The notes under the pieces: generated by a model
What the model was told of the DNA's origin: nothing
Seen by the model: only the letters and a program-made list of their open reading frames with translations
Database searches by the model: none
Shown: positions 8,827 through 19,806 of the stretch, piece by piece
Layout: every line of letters starts with the position of its first letter
Position numbering within the stretch: the stretch's first letter is position 1
Source of the DNA: a bacterium
Lineage (GTDB): Bacteria > Bacillota_I > Bacilli_A > RF39 > UBA660
DNA: 64,000 bases
Reading direction: 5' to 3'
Assembly: GCA_963645945.1 (NCBI GenBank)
Contig: CAVIUA010000048.1
Span: 9,827-73,826 of the forward strand
Translations under genes and position numbers: made by a program

Positions 8827-9725
8827 TATTTACCTCCATCTTTCCCGTTATTTAGTAATTCATTTTCTATAAATAGTTTTGCTATACTTGTCATATATTT
8901 ACGTCTACAAATTAAATTAATCTCTATTTTAGGTAATTCCTCCGCTATCTCAATTATTTGAATATTATCTTCATCAGATAGACTTGAATTGGTCTTTACA
9001 ACATAACCTATACCAGCATTATTTTTGATTGCATTAATAATTAATTCTTCTGTCGTAAATTCTATCATAGGTTCAAACTCTAGACTATGTTCAATAAAAC
9101 AAGTATTAAGATTTTTTCTTAAAGAACTTCTGGCAGAGGGAAGAATCAAAAATTGATCTTTTAAATCTTCCAAACAACAAAATTTTTCCTTATTTTTAGT
9201 AGATTTTATGAAGCACGTATCCAAATTTACTATAGGCGTTATTTCAATATTGTTGTAGATATTTTCTATAGGAGACGTATCAATTACAAAATCTAAGTTA
9301 CCCTTAACTAGTTCATCTATAAGATCTCTAGTAGGCATATCAACAAATTTCATTTTAACATTTGGATGTTGCTGTCTAAAATTAATTATTTTTTTCATAA
9401 GATAATTCATAACAATATGTGACTGTGCTCCAATAACAATATTTGTATCTTCTACATTACTCATCGATTTAAGCATTCTTTGACATGCTGCTAACAAATC
9501 GCTAGATTCTTTAATATATTTATATAAAACTTGACCATAGGGAGTCAATGAAACCCCATTATTTGCTCTATTAAATAAAACGACCCCCAACTCTTCCTCT
9601 AGTTTTGCAATACTTCGACTTATGGCAGGTTGTGTTATATAGAGTTTATTGGCGGCTTTTAAAAAACTGTTACAATTAGCAACCTCATAAAAAATTTTCA
9701 AAAAATTTAGGTTCAAATTGTCCAC
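8826..9725 (-). CDS. LysR-family transcriptional regulator
   Basis: N-terminal HTH (FLKAANKLYITQPAISRSIAKLEEELGVVLF) plus a LysR substrate-binding domain. The track start 9734 (GTG) lies inside the RBS AGAGGTGG, so GTG at 9725 is the more likely start. Confidence 0.85.
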   Translation of the reverse strand: MDNLNLNFLKIFYEVANCNSFLKAANKLYITQPAISRSIAKLEEELGVVLFNRANNGVSLTPYGQVLYKYIKESSDLLAACQRMLKSMSNVEDTNIVIGAQSHIVMNYLMKKIINFRQQHPNVKMKFVDMPTRDLIDELVKGNLDFVIDTSPIENIYNNIEITPIVNLDTCFIKSTKNKEKFCCLEDLKDQFLILPSARSSLRKNLNTCFIEHSLEFEPMIEFTTEELIINAIKNNAGIGYVVKTNSSLSDEDNIQIIEIAEELPKIEINLICRRKYMTSIAKLFIENELLNNGKDGGK

Positions 9726-9804
9726 AACAACCACCTCTAATTAATATTATATATAATATTATCTATAAAAACAATTAATAAATTAAGTGTCAGTTATAAC
9801 TTTT

Positions 9805-9822
9805 AGTAATAGCATTATTACT
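9805..9822. promoter_or_regulatory. Inverted repeat in the divergent control region, candidate LysR operator
   Basis: AGTAATA-gcat-TATTACT perfect 7-bp inverted repeat inside the 230-nt intergenic region between the lysR gene and the plus-strand operon. It has T-N(11-12)-A-like geometry. Confidence 0.3.
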
Positions 9823-9964
9823 TTTAAAACTAATTATAAAATTAAGTAATATCTGTATAAATAAATTTAACACGTATAACTTCTGATTATACATAATATT
9901 AAAAAAAGCATTTCCAATTTTAAGAGAAAAATATTAAATTGTTATTAGAAAGGAGAAAATTTAT

Positions 9965-10606
9965 ATGGCAATAACGACAATTTTTGGAATCAATGGTGTT
10001 GGTAAAGACACTGTTGCTAATTCATTAAGAACTAATAATCCAGATTTATTAGTTACAAGCATTTCTAGAATGCTTATGTATATTTTAGGTATAACAAAAA
10101 CCTATGATGTTAACGAAAAGGTTTGTGAGGAGCAATATAAAATGCTTGAAAGTGTTCCTCAGGAAAAAATGATAAAGATTGAAAATACTGATTACAAAGA
10201 TATGTTAGATGAAATCGCTTCATCTAAAGAAGACTTAATAATGTTATCTCACTTAATATCAGCTTTAAGGCATGGAGATAAAATTCAATATTTAACTGAT
10301 AGAACTACACCAGATTGGTATGTCAAGCTAAATCAAGCACTAATTCAATTGGTTGCACCTTCAGATACAGTGAGTTATCGAAGAAAAAATGATGTAAACA
10401 GAAAAAGGGAAACTAGTATAGAAGAAATTGAATATCATCAATCATTATGTACTAATGAGTGGGAAAGAATCAAACGTGTAAATCCGGATACTGCAAATAG
10501 AATGTTTATAGTTAACAATATTAACTTAAGTGATGCAACAAACGAAATCGAACAAATAATGCATGATCAAGCCAAGGTATTAAGAAAGATTAGAAGTGAT
10601 AAGTAA
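9965..10606 (+). CDS. P-loop NTPase, nucleoside/nucleotide-kinase-like
   Basis: 213 aa. Walker A at the extreme N-terminus (IFGINGVGKDTV) and small size, as in NMP/nucleoside kinases. RBS AAAGGAGAAA upstream. Confidence 0.5.
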   Translation: MAITTIFGINGVGKDTVANSLRTNNPDLLVTSISRMLMYILGITKTYDVNEKVCEEQYKMLESVPQEKMIKIENTDYKDMLDEIASSKEDLIMLSHLISALRHGDKIQYLTDRTTPDWYVKLNQALIQLVAPSDTVSYRRKNDVNRKRETSIEEIEYHQSLCTNEWERIKRVNPDTANRMFIVNNINLSDATNEIEQIMHDQAKVLRKIRSDK

Positions 10607-11211
10607 TGAAAAAGATAGCAGAACATTTAGTAAAGACAGGTTGCTATATAAGAACAGCCGATAGCAAATTCGATACAACTCATGGTAATCAAGTGCTTGC
10701 ATATTTATGCTGTAGACTAGCCATAAGCAATGTAGAAGTTAGAGAAGAAATAATAGAAGAGCTAACCAGAACCATATATGATAATTATGGTTCCAATATA
10801 ACTGTAGCTGGAATGGCTACAGCTGGTATTCCTTGGGCAGCCGGTGTAGCTGAAAAATTAAGTATTCCATTACTATATATAAGAAGCAAACCAAAAGAAT
10901 ATGGATTAAAAAGTTTAATAGAAGGCAACTTACAATATGCTACAGAACAAATTATTGTTATGGATGATGTCTTATATACAGGACAAACAGCGCAAATAGG
11001 AATTGATGCTTTACAAGAAAAAGGATTAGAGGTTGTTGGAATTTCAACATTAGCTAAACTTTCAGAAAAAGCAGAAAAAAAATTTAAAAATAACAGTATT
11101 GATGTTAGTTATTTAACTGACTATGATGAAATTCTAGATGTTGCAACAGAAGAAAAAATAATAAATGACAAAGAAAAAGTTAAAATGTTAAGTTTTTATA
11201 GAAGTAATTAG
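10606..11211 (+). CDS. Type I phosphoribosyltransferase (orotate-PRTase-like)
   Basis: 201 aa. PRPP-binding motif IIVMDDVLYTGQTA and upstream GMATAGIPWAAGVAEKLSIPLLYIRSKPKEYG, as in PyrE-like PRTases. The start overlaps the previous stop (TAATG). Confidence 0.75.
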   Translation: MKKIAEHLVKTGCYIRTADSKFDTTHGNQVLAYLCCRLAISNVEVREEIIEELTRTIYDNYGSNITVAGMATAGIPWAAGVAEKLSIPLLYIRSKPKEYGLKSLIEGNLQYATEQIIVMDDVLYTGQTAQIGIDALQEKGLEVVGISTLAKLSEKAEKKFKNNSIDVSYLTDYDEILDVATEEKIINDKEKVKMLSFYRSN

Positions 11212-11227
11212 AAAGAGGTGAAAAAAT

Positions 11228-11872
11228 ATGAACGAAAAAATAGTAATTACTACTACAAATAAAAATAAAGTTGGACGAATACAAAAACTGCTGAAAAATG
11301 CAAACTTTGAAGTAGTTGGATTATCTGAAATAGTTAAGGGAAAAATAGAAGAACCAGAAGAAACAGCTGAAAGCGGAATAGATAACGCAATTGAAAAGGC
11401 CATTTATTACGTCAACTATCTACCAGAAGACACAATAGTTTTATCCCAAGATGATACAATTGAGTTAATTGGAGTTCACGAAGAAGATGAACCAAAAGGG
11501 CACATAAAAGAACCAGTTATTAAAAAATATGGTAAATTTACCGACGAACTGGCAGCTAAATACTATTCTGAACTAGCCAGTAAATATGGTGGAACAATCC
11601 CCATGATATTTAAATATGGACACGCTGTGGCGGTTATTGAAACAACAGATAGAATGAGAAAAAGAGTTTTATCAGCTGAATCAAAACTAGAGGCAAGACT
11701 AGTTAATAAAATATACCAACTTAATAAATGTCCTGGATATTTTCTCGCAGCATTAATGGAAGTACAAGTAAATAATGAATGGCTTCCATATAATGATTTA
11801 ACAGAAACTCAATTAATTGATTTGGACATAGATTTGAAAAAATCAATAATATCACTATTAAAAGAAATATAG
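11228..11872 (+). CDS. Ham1/ITPase-like (non-canonical NTP pyrophosphatase-like) protein
   Basis: 214 aa. KIVITTTNKNKVGRIQKLL (T-x-N-x-x-K), EEPEETAESGIDNAIEKA and VLSQDDTIEL parallel the conserved Ham1 blocks. The C-terminal part is divergent. Confidence 0.5.
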   Translation: MNEKIVITTTNKNKVGRIQKLLKNANFEVVGLSEIVKGKIEEPEETAESGIDNAIEKAIYYVNYLPEDTIVLSQDDTIELIGVHEEDEPKGHIKEPVIKKYGKFTDELAAKYYSELASKYGGTIPMIFKYGHAVAVIETTDRMRKRVLSAESKLEARLVNKIYQLNKCPGYFLAALMEVQVNNEWLPYNDLTETQLIDLDIDLKKSIISLLKEI

Positions 11873-11884
11873 GAGAAATGAATT

Positions 11885-12862
11885 GTGAAAGAAAAGAAAA
11901 AAATAATTGTTGGATTAATAATCTTAATTATCGCAGTAATTGCATTTTTTATGATTTTTAATTCTAAGTCTAAAAATAAATTAGAAAAAACATCATTAAG
12001 ATTGAAATGGGTATGTCAGGCCCAGTTTGCTGGATATTATTCAGCACTAAAAGAAGGATATTACAAAGATGTAGGTTTATCAGTAACAATCGATCCAGCA
12101 GGGCCTAATATTTCACCAATTCAATCGGTTACTAGTGGAGTAAATGAATTTGGTATAGCTGGAGCAGAACAGATAATTACTGCGATTGATAACAAGGTTC
12201 CAATTGTTGCTATTGCAGTAATCTACAGAGAAACACCTGAGGCACTTGTTTCAAAAAAAGAATTAAATATTAAAACGCCAAAAGATCTAGAAGGGAAAAC
12301 AGTTGGAGTAGTTTATGAAAATGATGAAAACTTATATAGACTATTTTTAAAGAAAAACAAAGTTGATGAAAATAACATAAAGGAAGTTCCAGCAATAACA
12401 GGAATCAGTCAAGTAATGACTGATCAAGTTGATGCAAAAATGGCATATGAAATGAACGATGCTATTTTACTTGAACTTGAGGGAGAAAAAGTCAACCTAT
12501 TAAGATTTAGAGATTATGGTGTTAAAGTATATGCGGACACAATATTTACCACAAAAGAAATGGTAGAAAAACATCCAGATAAAGTTAAAAAATTCCTTAA
12601 AGCCTCCTTAAAAGGATGGAATTATGCAATTGAAAACCCTGAAAAGTCAGTTTCACAACTAATAGAAATAAATCCAACATTAAAATATGAACATCAATTA
12701 GGATATTTAAAAGGAAGTATTCCATTAATTATGACGGATGAAAAAATAGGAGTATCCGATTCTAAAATATGGGAAAATATGATAGATAATTTATATGAAA
12801 ATAAAATGATTAAGAAAAAAATCAAAGCATCTGAAGTATATACAAACGAGTTTTTGAAATAA
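11885..12862 (+). CDS. ABC transporter substrate-binding protein, NMT1/THI5-like (NitT/TauT family), N-terminally membrane anchored
   Basis: 325 aa. GTG start with an AGGAGA RBS. One N-terminal TM segment with no lipobox Cys. LRLKWVCQAQFAGYYSALKEGYYKDVGL is typical of NMT1/THI5-type binding proteins. Confidence 0.8.
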   Translation: MKEKKKIIVGLIILIIAVIAFFMIFNSKSKNKLEKTSLRLKWVCQAQFAGYYSALKEGYYKDVGLSVTIDPAGPNISPIQSVTSGVNEFGIAGAEQIITAIDNKVPIVAIAVIYRETPEALVSKKELNIKTPKDLEGKTVGVVYENDENLYRLFLKKNKVDENNIKEVPAITGISQVMTDQVDAKMAYEMNDAILLELEGEKVNLLRFRDYGVKVYADTIFTTKEMVEKHPDKVKKFLKASLKGWNYAIENPEKSVSQLIEINPTLKYEHQLGYLKGSIPLIMTDEKIGVSDSKIWENMIDNLYENKMIKKKIKASEVYTNEFLK

Positions 12863-12863
12863 T

Positions 12864-13604
12864 ATGAGTTATATTAAAATAGAAAAATTATCTAAATCAT
12901 ACAAAGAAAAGAATATATTTCAAGAATTTTCTTTAAATATAGAAAAGGGAAGTTTTATTTCTTTTGTTGGACCATTTGGATGCGGGAAAACAACTTTACT
13001 AAAACTACTAGCAGGTATAGAAAACATTGATACTGGCCAAATACTTATAAATAATCAAACTCCAGAAACTTTAAAAAAAGATAAAAAAATGGGGTATGTA
13101 TTTCAAGAACCGTTATTATTACCATGGAAAAATGTTGAAGAAAATATTCGGTTACCTTTGGAATTATCACATAAGAATAATTTTAAAAAAGTTGATCAAT
13201 TATTAAAAACGGTCGGCCTAGACGAAAAGAAAAATAATTATCCTAGAGAATTATCTGGTGGTATGCAACAAATAGTTTCTATCTTAAGAGCTGTTATTAA
13301 TAATCCTGCAGTACTATTACTAGACGAGCCCTTATCAGCAATTGATGAAATTAATAGAAATAAACTACAAGATATTTTAATCAACTTACATAAAGCAAAT
13401 AAGCAAACAACTATCCTTGTAACACACTCTATTCATGAAGCCGTTTATTTATCTGATAAAGTATATATTTTGGGAGACTCTCCAGTACAAATAATTGATT
13501 GTATAAAGCCAAAATATCCTAGAATGAAAAGATACAAAAACAGTTTGGAAACACTAAAAACAGTAACAAAAATTAGAAAAAAACTAGAAAAAGCGGTGAA
13601 ATAA
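12864..13604 (+). CDS. ABC transporter ATP-binding protein
   Basis: Walker A GPFGCGKTT, signature LSGGMQQ, Walker B LLLDEP. Confidence 0.9.
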   Translation: MSYIKIEKLSKSYKEKNIFQEFSLNIEKGSFISFVGPFGCGKTTLLKLLAGIENIDTGQILINNQTPETLKKDKKMGYVFQEPLLLPWKNVEENIRLPLELSHKNNFKKVDQLLKTVGLDEKKNNYPRELSGGMQQIVSILRAVINNPAVLLLDEPLSAIDEINRNKLQDILINLHKANKQTTILVTHSIHEAVYLSDKVYILGDSPVQIIDCIKPKYPRMKRYKNSLETLKTVTKIRKKLEKAVK

Positions 13605-13606
13605 TT

Positions 13607-14329
13607 ATGAAAAAGAATCTCATTGGTCTTCTAACAATTATAATCTTTTGGTTATTAATAACATTTATTTTTAATCCGCCTTCTTACTTGTTTCCAAGTT
13701 TAATTAATACTGTAGCCGACTTTATCTCAAATTATCAATTATATATACATCATACTTTTATTACCGTAATAGAAATAGTTCTTGGATTTATAGTTGCGTT
13801 ATTTATAGGATTATCATTATCACTAGTGGCATTATATTATCAAAAAACTGAAACCATTTTTACATTTATATCAATTATACTAAAAACCGTTCCCATAATT
13901 GCAATAGCTCCATTATTAGTATTATGGTTTGGAAATGGTTTAGGATCTAAAGTAGCAGCAGTAGCTATCACAAGTTTTATTCCGATTTTTGTAAATACAT
14001 TATCAGGAGCCAAAATTATTCTAAATAGATATAAAAATATTATTGGAATATATTCCTTAAATAAATTACAAATCAATAAAATAATTTTATTGCATGGAAT
14101 ATCAGAGTATATTATTACATCCTTAAAAATCACTAGTTCACTAGCTGTTGTCGGTGCACTAGTTAGTGAATTCATTAGTGCAAATAAAGGTTTAGGATAC
14201 TTAATAATTTCAAATTATTATTCAATGAATATTGCAGGTGTATTTGTATGTATCATGATATCAGGTCTATTGGGAATATTAATATATTCAGGATGTAACT
14301 ATTTAGAACAGCGCTATAGTTATCAATAA
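13607..14329 (+). CDS. ABC transporter permease (BPD/NitT-TauT type)
   Basis: 240 aa with about six hydrophobic segments. It directly follows the ATPase. Confidence 0.85.
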   Translation: MKKNLIGLLTIIIFWLLITFIFNPPSYLFPSLINTVADFISNYQLYIHHTFITVIEIVLGFIVALFIGLSLSLVALYYQKTETIFTFISIILKTVPIIAIAPLLVLWFGNGLGSKVAAVAITSFIPIFVNTLSGAKIILNRYKNIIGIYSLNKLQINKIILLHGISEYIITSLKITSSLAVVGALVSEFISANKGLGYLIISNYYSMNIAGVFVCIMISGLLGILIYSGCNYLEQRYSYQ

Positions 14330-14370
14330 ATAAATGTAATAAAAACATTAGAAAGAGTATATACAGCTTT

Positions 14371-14422
14371 AAGCGAGTAAGCATTCACAACAAATGCTAT
14401 CATTACTCGCTTCTTTTATTTT
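14371..14422 (+). terminator. Terminator of the plus-strand operon
   Basis: AAGCGAGTAAGCATT...AATGCTATCATTACTCGCTT imperfect long hairpin followed by CTTTTATTTT. Confidence 0.5.
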
Positions 14423-14484
14423 GAAAATACCAAATAATATAATGACAAAAAAATCTAGATCATCAACATACAAAATATAACATT

Positions 14485-14513
14485 TAAAAACCTCTAGAAA
14501 TATCTAAAGGTTT
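14485..14513 (-). terminator. Terminator after eno
   Basis: Minus strand AAACCTTTAGA-tattt-CTAGAGGTTT followed by TTAAA. The stem is imperfect. Confidence 0.4.
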
Positions 14514-14556
14514 ATCTATATTTAAATTATGATAGTTTTGAATTTATCTGATTATG

Positions 14557-17119
<2,563 letters not shown>

Positions 17120-17227
17120 TTTATCACCAATATAATTATACTACGAAAAATGCCTTTTAACTACTATAAATTATTGATAAAAACTAAAAATATATGCTAT
17201 AATAAATAAAAGATGGAGAGGGAAAAT

Positions 17228-18469
17228 ATGAAATTAGTAACATTAAATCAACAACAATTTAATAAGTACACTAGTAGTCATAGATATAGAAGCTATTATC
17301 AAACATCAGCATATGGTCTTTCTATGTTAAAACTAGGATATAATGTTCACTATTTTGGTATAGTTGATGAAACAAACTCTCTAATAGGCGCAACCATGAT
17401 ACTTTATAAAGAAGTATTTATGAATAATAAAATAGCCTATGCACCAAGAGGAATATTATTTGATTACTCTGATTCTAAAAAAGTAAAAGAACTTGCTGAA
17501 TGCTTAAGAAATTTGTTAGGAAAACAAGGATTTATGTTACTAAGAATGGACCCGTATATTCCAATAAGTATCCATAGTAATGATGGAAACTTAATAAATA
17601 TGAACAATCAAGAAAGTATAATTTTAGAAAATCTTGCTACTGCAAAATTTGAATATAAAGGAAAAAATTTATATTTTGAAAATGAAAAACCTAGATGGGA
17701 AGCACTAGTACTTTTAAATAAAAATGAAGAAGTATTATTTGAAAGCTTTGATAAAAGGACTAGAAACAAAATTAGAAGAGCCAGAAATATTGGTATTGAA
17801 GTATATAATGATACAACAAAAGATATAAAAGATCTTTATGAATTTATCGGTAAGAAAGATAAAAAACCAATAAAATATTATGAAGCTTTAGTTAAAAACT
17901 TTGGTGAAAATATTGATATATATTATGCAAAAATAAATACTGAAACTTTCATTATAAATAGTAGAAAAATGTATGAAAACGAACTACTAAACAATGAACA
18001 ACTAGCAGAAAGAATTCAACAGTATGCACCAAATGATAAAGAAAGACAAAATACTTTAAATAAAAAAATGGAGTCTGACAAATTAGTCAGTTCATACAAA
18101 AACAATATGTTACTAGCAACAGAATTATTAAAAAAGCATCCTGAAGGAATTTTAATTGGCGGAGCTCTTGTTATTAAATATGATAACGCCGCATATATTG
18201 TTAGCGATGGCTACAATGAAAAATTTTCTTCACTTAACGCTAGCTATCTAATAAAATGGCAAATGATTTCAGACTATAATCGACAAGGACTAAAATATTT
18301 AAATATGAACGCCGTTGTTGGAGAGTTTGAGAAAAAAAATCAATACTCTGGATTAAATGAAATGAAACTTGGCTTTAACACGATAGTAACTGAGTATATA
18401 GGTGAATTTGATTTAATACTAAATAATTTTACATATAATTTATTTAAAAGTTTTAATAAAGGAAAATAA
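17228..18469 (+). CDS. FemAB-family peptidoglycan interpeptide-bridge peptidyltransferase
   Basis: Start trimmed to ATG 17228 (MKLVTLNQQQF), with RBS GGAGAGG. Two GNAT-like halves with a helical insertion (NELLNNEQLAERIQQ...), and the YAPRG and RFK-like regions typical of FemX/MurM. Confidence 0.8.
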   Translation: MKLVTLNQQQFNKYTSSHRYRSYYQTSAYGLSMLKLGYNVHYFGIVDETNSLIGATMILYKEVFMNNKIAYAPRGILFDYSDSKKVKELAECLRNLLGKQGFMLLRMDPYIPISIHSNDGNLINMNNQESIILENLATAKFEYKGKNLYFENEKPRWEALVLLNKNEEVLFESFDKRTRNKIRRARNIGIEVYNDTTKDIKDLYEFIGKKDKKPIKYYEALVKNFGENIDIYYAKINTETFIINSRKMYENELLNNEQLAERIQQYAPNDKERQNTLNKKMESDKLVSSYKNNMLLATELLKKHPEGILIGGALVIKYDNAAYIVSDGYNEKFSSLNASYLIKWQMISDYNRQGLKYLNMNAVVGEFEKKNQYSGLNEMKLGFNTIVTEYIGEFDLILNNFTYNLFKSFNKGK

Positions 18470-18493
18470 GTGACTATAAAGTCGCTTATTTTT

Positions 18494-18526
18494 TTACAAA
18501 AAAAGCAGAAGCAATAACTTCTACTT
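18494..18526 (-). terminator. Terminator after tuf
   Basis: Minus strand AGTAGAAG-ttattg-CTTCTGCT (one G-U pair) followed by TTTTTTT. A second hairpin at about 18467-18497 (AAGTGAC-tataaa-GTCGCTT + T-run) serves the convergent Fem gene. Confidence 0.6.
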
Positions 18527-18541
18527 TTAATTATTTTATCA

Positions 18542-19726
18542 TTAACCAATGATTTCAGTAACATTACCAGCACCAACAGTACGTCCACCTTCACGGATAG
18601 AGAATTTAGTACCTTGTTCAAGTGCGATAGGGTGAATTAATTCAACCTCAATGTTAACATTATCACCTGGCATAACCATTTCTACACCTTCTGGTAAAGT
18701 AATTACACCAGTAACGTCTGTAGTTCTAAAATAGAATTGAGGACGATAGTTTGTGAAGAATGGAGTATGACGTCCACCTTCTTCTTTACTTAAAACATAA
18801 ACTGTAGCTTTGAATTTATGATGAGGTGTAACACTTCCTGGTTTAGCAAGAACTTGTCCACGTTCAACTTCTTCACGAGAAATACCACGTAATAATACAC
18901 CAGCATTGTCTCCAGCTTCAGCATAGTCTAATTGTTTTTTAAACATTTCAATTCCAGTAACAACTGTTTTCTTAGTATCCTTAATACCAACGATTTCAAC
19001 TTCATCGTTAAGTTTTAATTGTCCACGTTCAACACGTCCAGTAACAACAGTACCACGACCTGTGATAGTGAATACATCTTCAATACTCATTAAGAAAGGT
19101 TTAGCATTATCTCTTTCTGGAGTAGGAATCCAAGTATCAACAGCATCCATTAATTCATCAATTTTTCCAACCCAGTCAGGATCTCCTTCAAGAGCCTTAA
19201 GAGCAGAACCACGAATAATTGGAGTTTCATCGCCTTCATATCCATATACGTTTAATAAATCACGAACTTCCATTTCTACTAAGTCTAATAATTCTGGATC
19301 ATCTACCATATCACATTTATTCATGAATACAACCATTTTAGGTACTCCAACTTGACGAGCAAGTAAGATATGTTCACGAGTTTGTGCCATAGGTCCGTCT
19401 GTAGCAGCAATAACTAAGATTGCTCCATCCATTTGAGCAGCACCTGTAATCATGTTTTTAACATAATCAGCATGTCCTGGACAGTCTACGTGAGCATAAT
19501 GTCTCTTATCAGTACTATATTCAACGTGAGCAGTATTGATAGTGATACCACGTTCTCTTTCTTCTGGTGCTTTATCGATGTTAGCAAAATCAACAGCTTG
19601 ATTTCCGTTTTTACCAGCTAAACACTTAGTAATAGCAGCAGTTAAAGTAGTTTTACCATGATCTACGTGTCCAATTGTACCAATGTTAACATGTGGTTTT
19701 GAACGATCAAATTTTTCTTTTGCCAT
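18542..19726 (-). CDS. tuf: Elongation factor Tu
   Basis: 394 aa. [22 protein letters not shown]. Confidence 0.97.
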   Translation of the reverse strand: MAKEKFDRSKPHVNIGTIGHVDHGKTTLTAAITKCLAGKNGNQAVDFANIDKAPEERERGITINTAHVEYSTDKRHYAHVDCPGHADYVKNMITGAAQMDGAILVIAATDGPMAQTREHILLARQVGVPKMVVFMNKCDMVDDPELLDLVEMEVRDLLNVYGYEGDETPIIRGSALKALEGDPDWVGKIDELMDAVDTWIPTPERDNAKPFLMSIEDVFTITGRGTVVTGRVERGQLKLNDEVEIVGIKDTKKTVVTGIEMFKKQLDYAEAGDNAGVLLRGISREEVERGQVLAKPGSVTPHHKFKATVYVLSKEEGGRHTPFFTNYRPQFYFRTTDVTGVITLPEGVEMVMPGDNVNIEVELIHPIALEQGTKFSIREGGRTVGAGNVTEIIG

Positions 19727-19806
19727 ATTAATTTTTCCTCCTTATTTATACAACATCTATTTTATCTAATAATTGAAGTTTTTTCAACTATTTTGATACT
19801 AAATTA

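Noticed and set aside
9735-9964. Possible riboswitch (TPP, purine or preQ1 type) ahead of the kinase-PRTase-transporter operon
   Set aside because: The spacer is almost pure A/T. None of the conserved cores I know is present (for example CUGAGA with ACCUGAUCUGGAUAAUGCCAGCG for TPP, or the purine three-way junction).
4850-14329. Whether the accessory cluster is a mobile element, prophage remnant or defence island
   Set aside because: I found no integrase, transposase, recombinase, phage structural gene, flanking tRNA or direct repeats at the borders. The composition looks like the rest of the window. The LysR regulator and ABC importer point to metabolism rather than defence. This cannot be fully excluded without comparative genomics.
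18340-18621. 93-aa minus-strand ORF spanning the tuf 3' end, the terminators and the Fem gene 3' end
   Set aside because: It runs through two terminator hairpins and overlaps two convergent well-supported genes, so it is a chance ORF.
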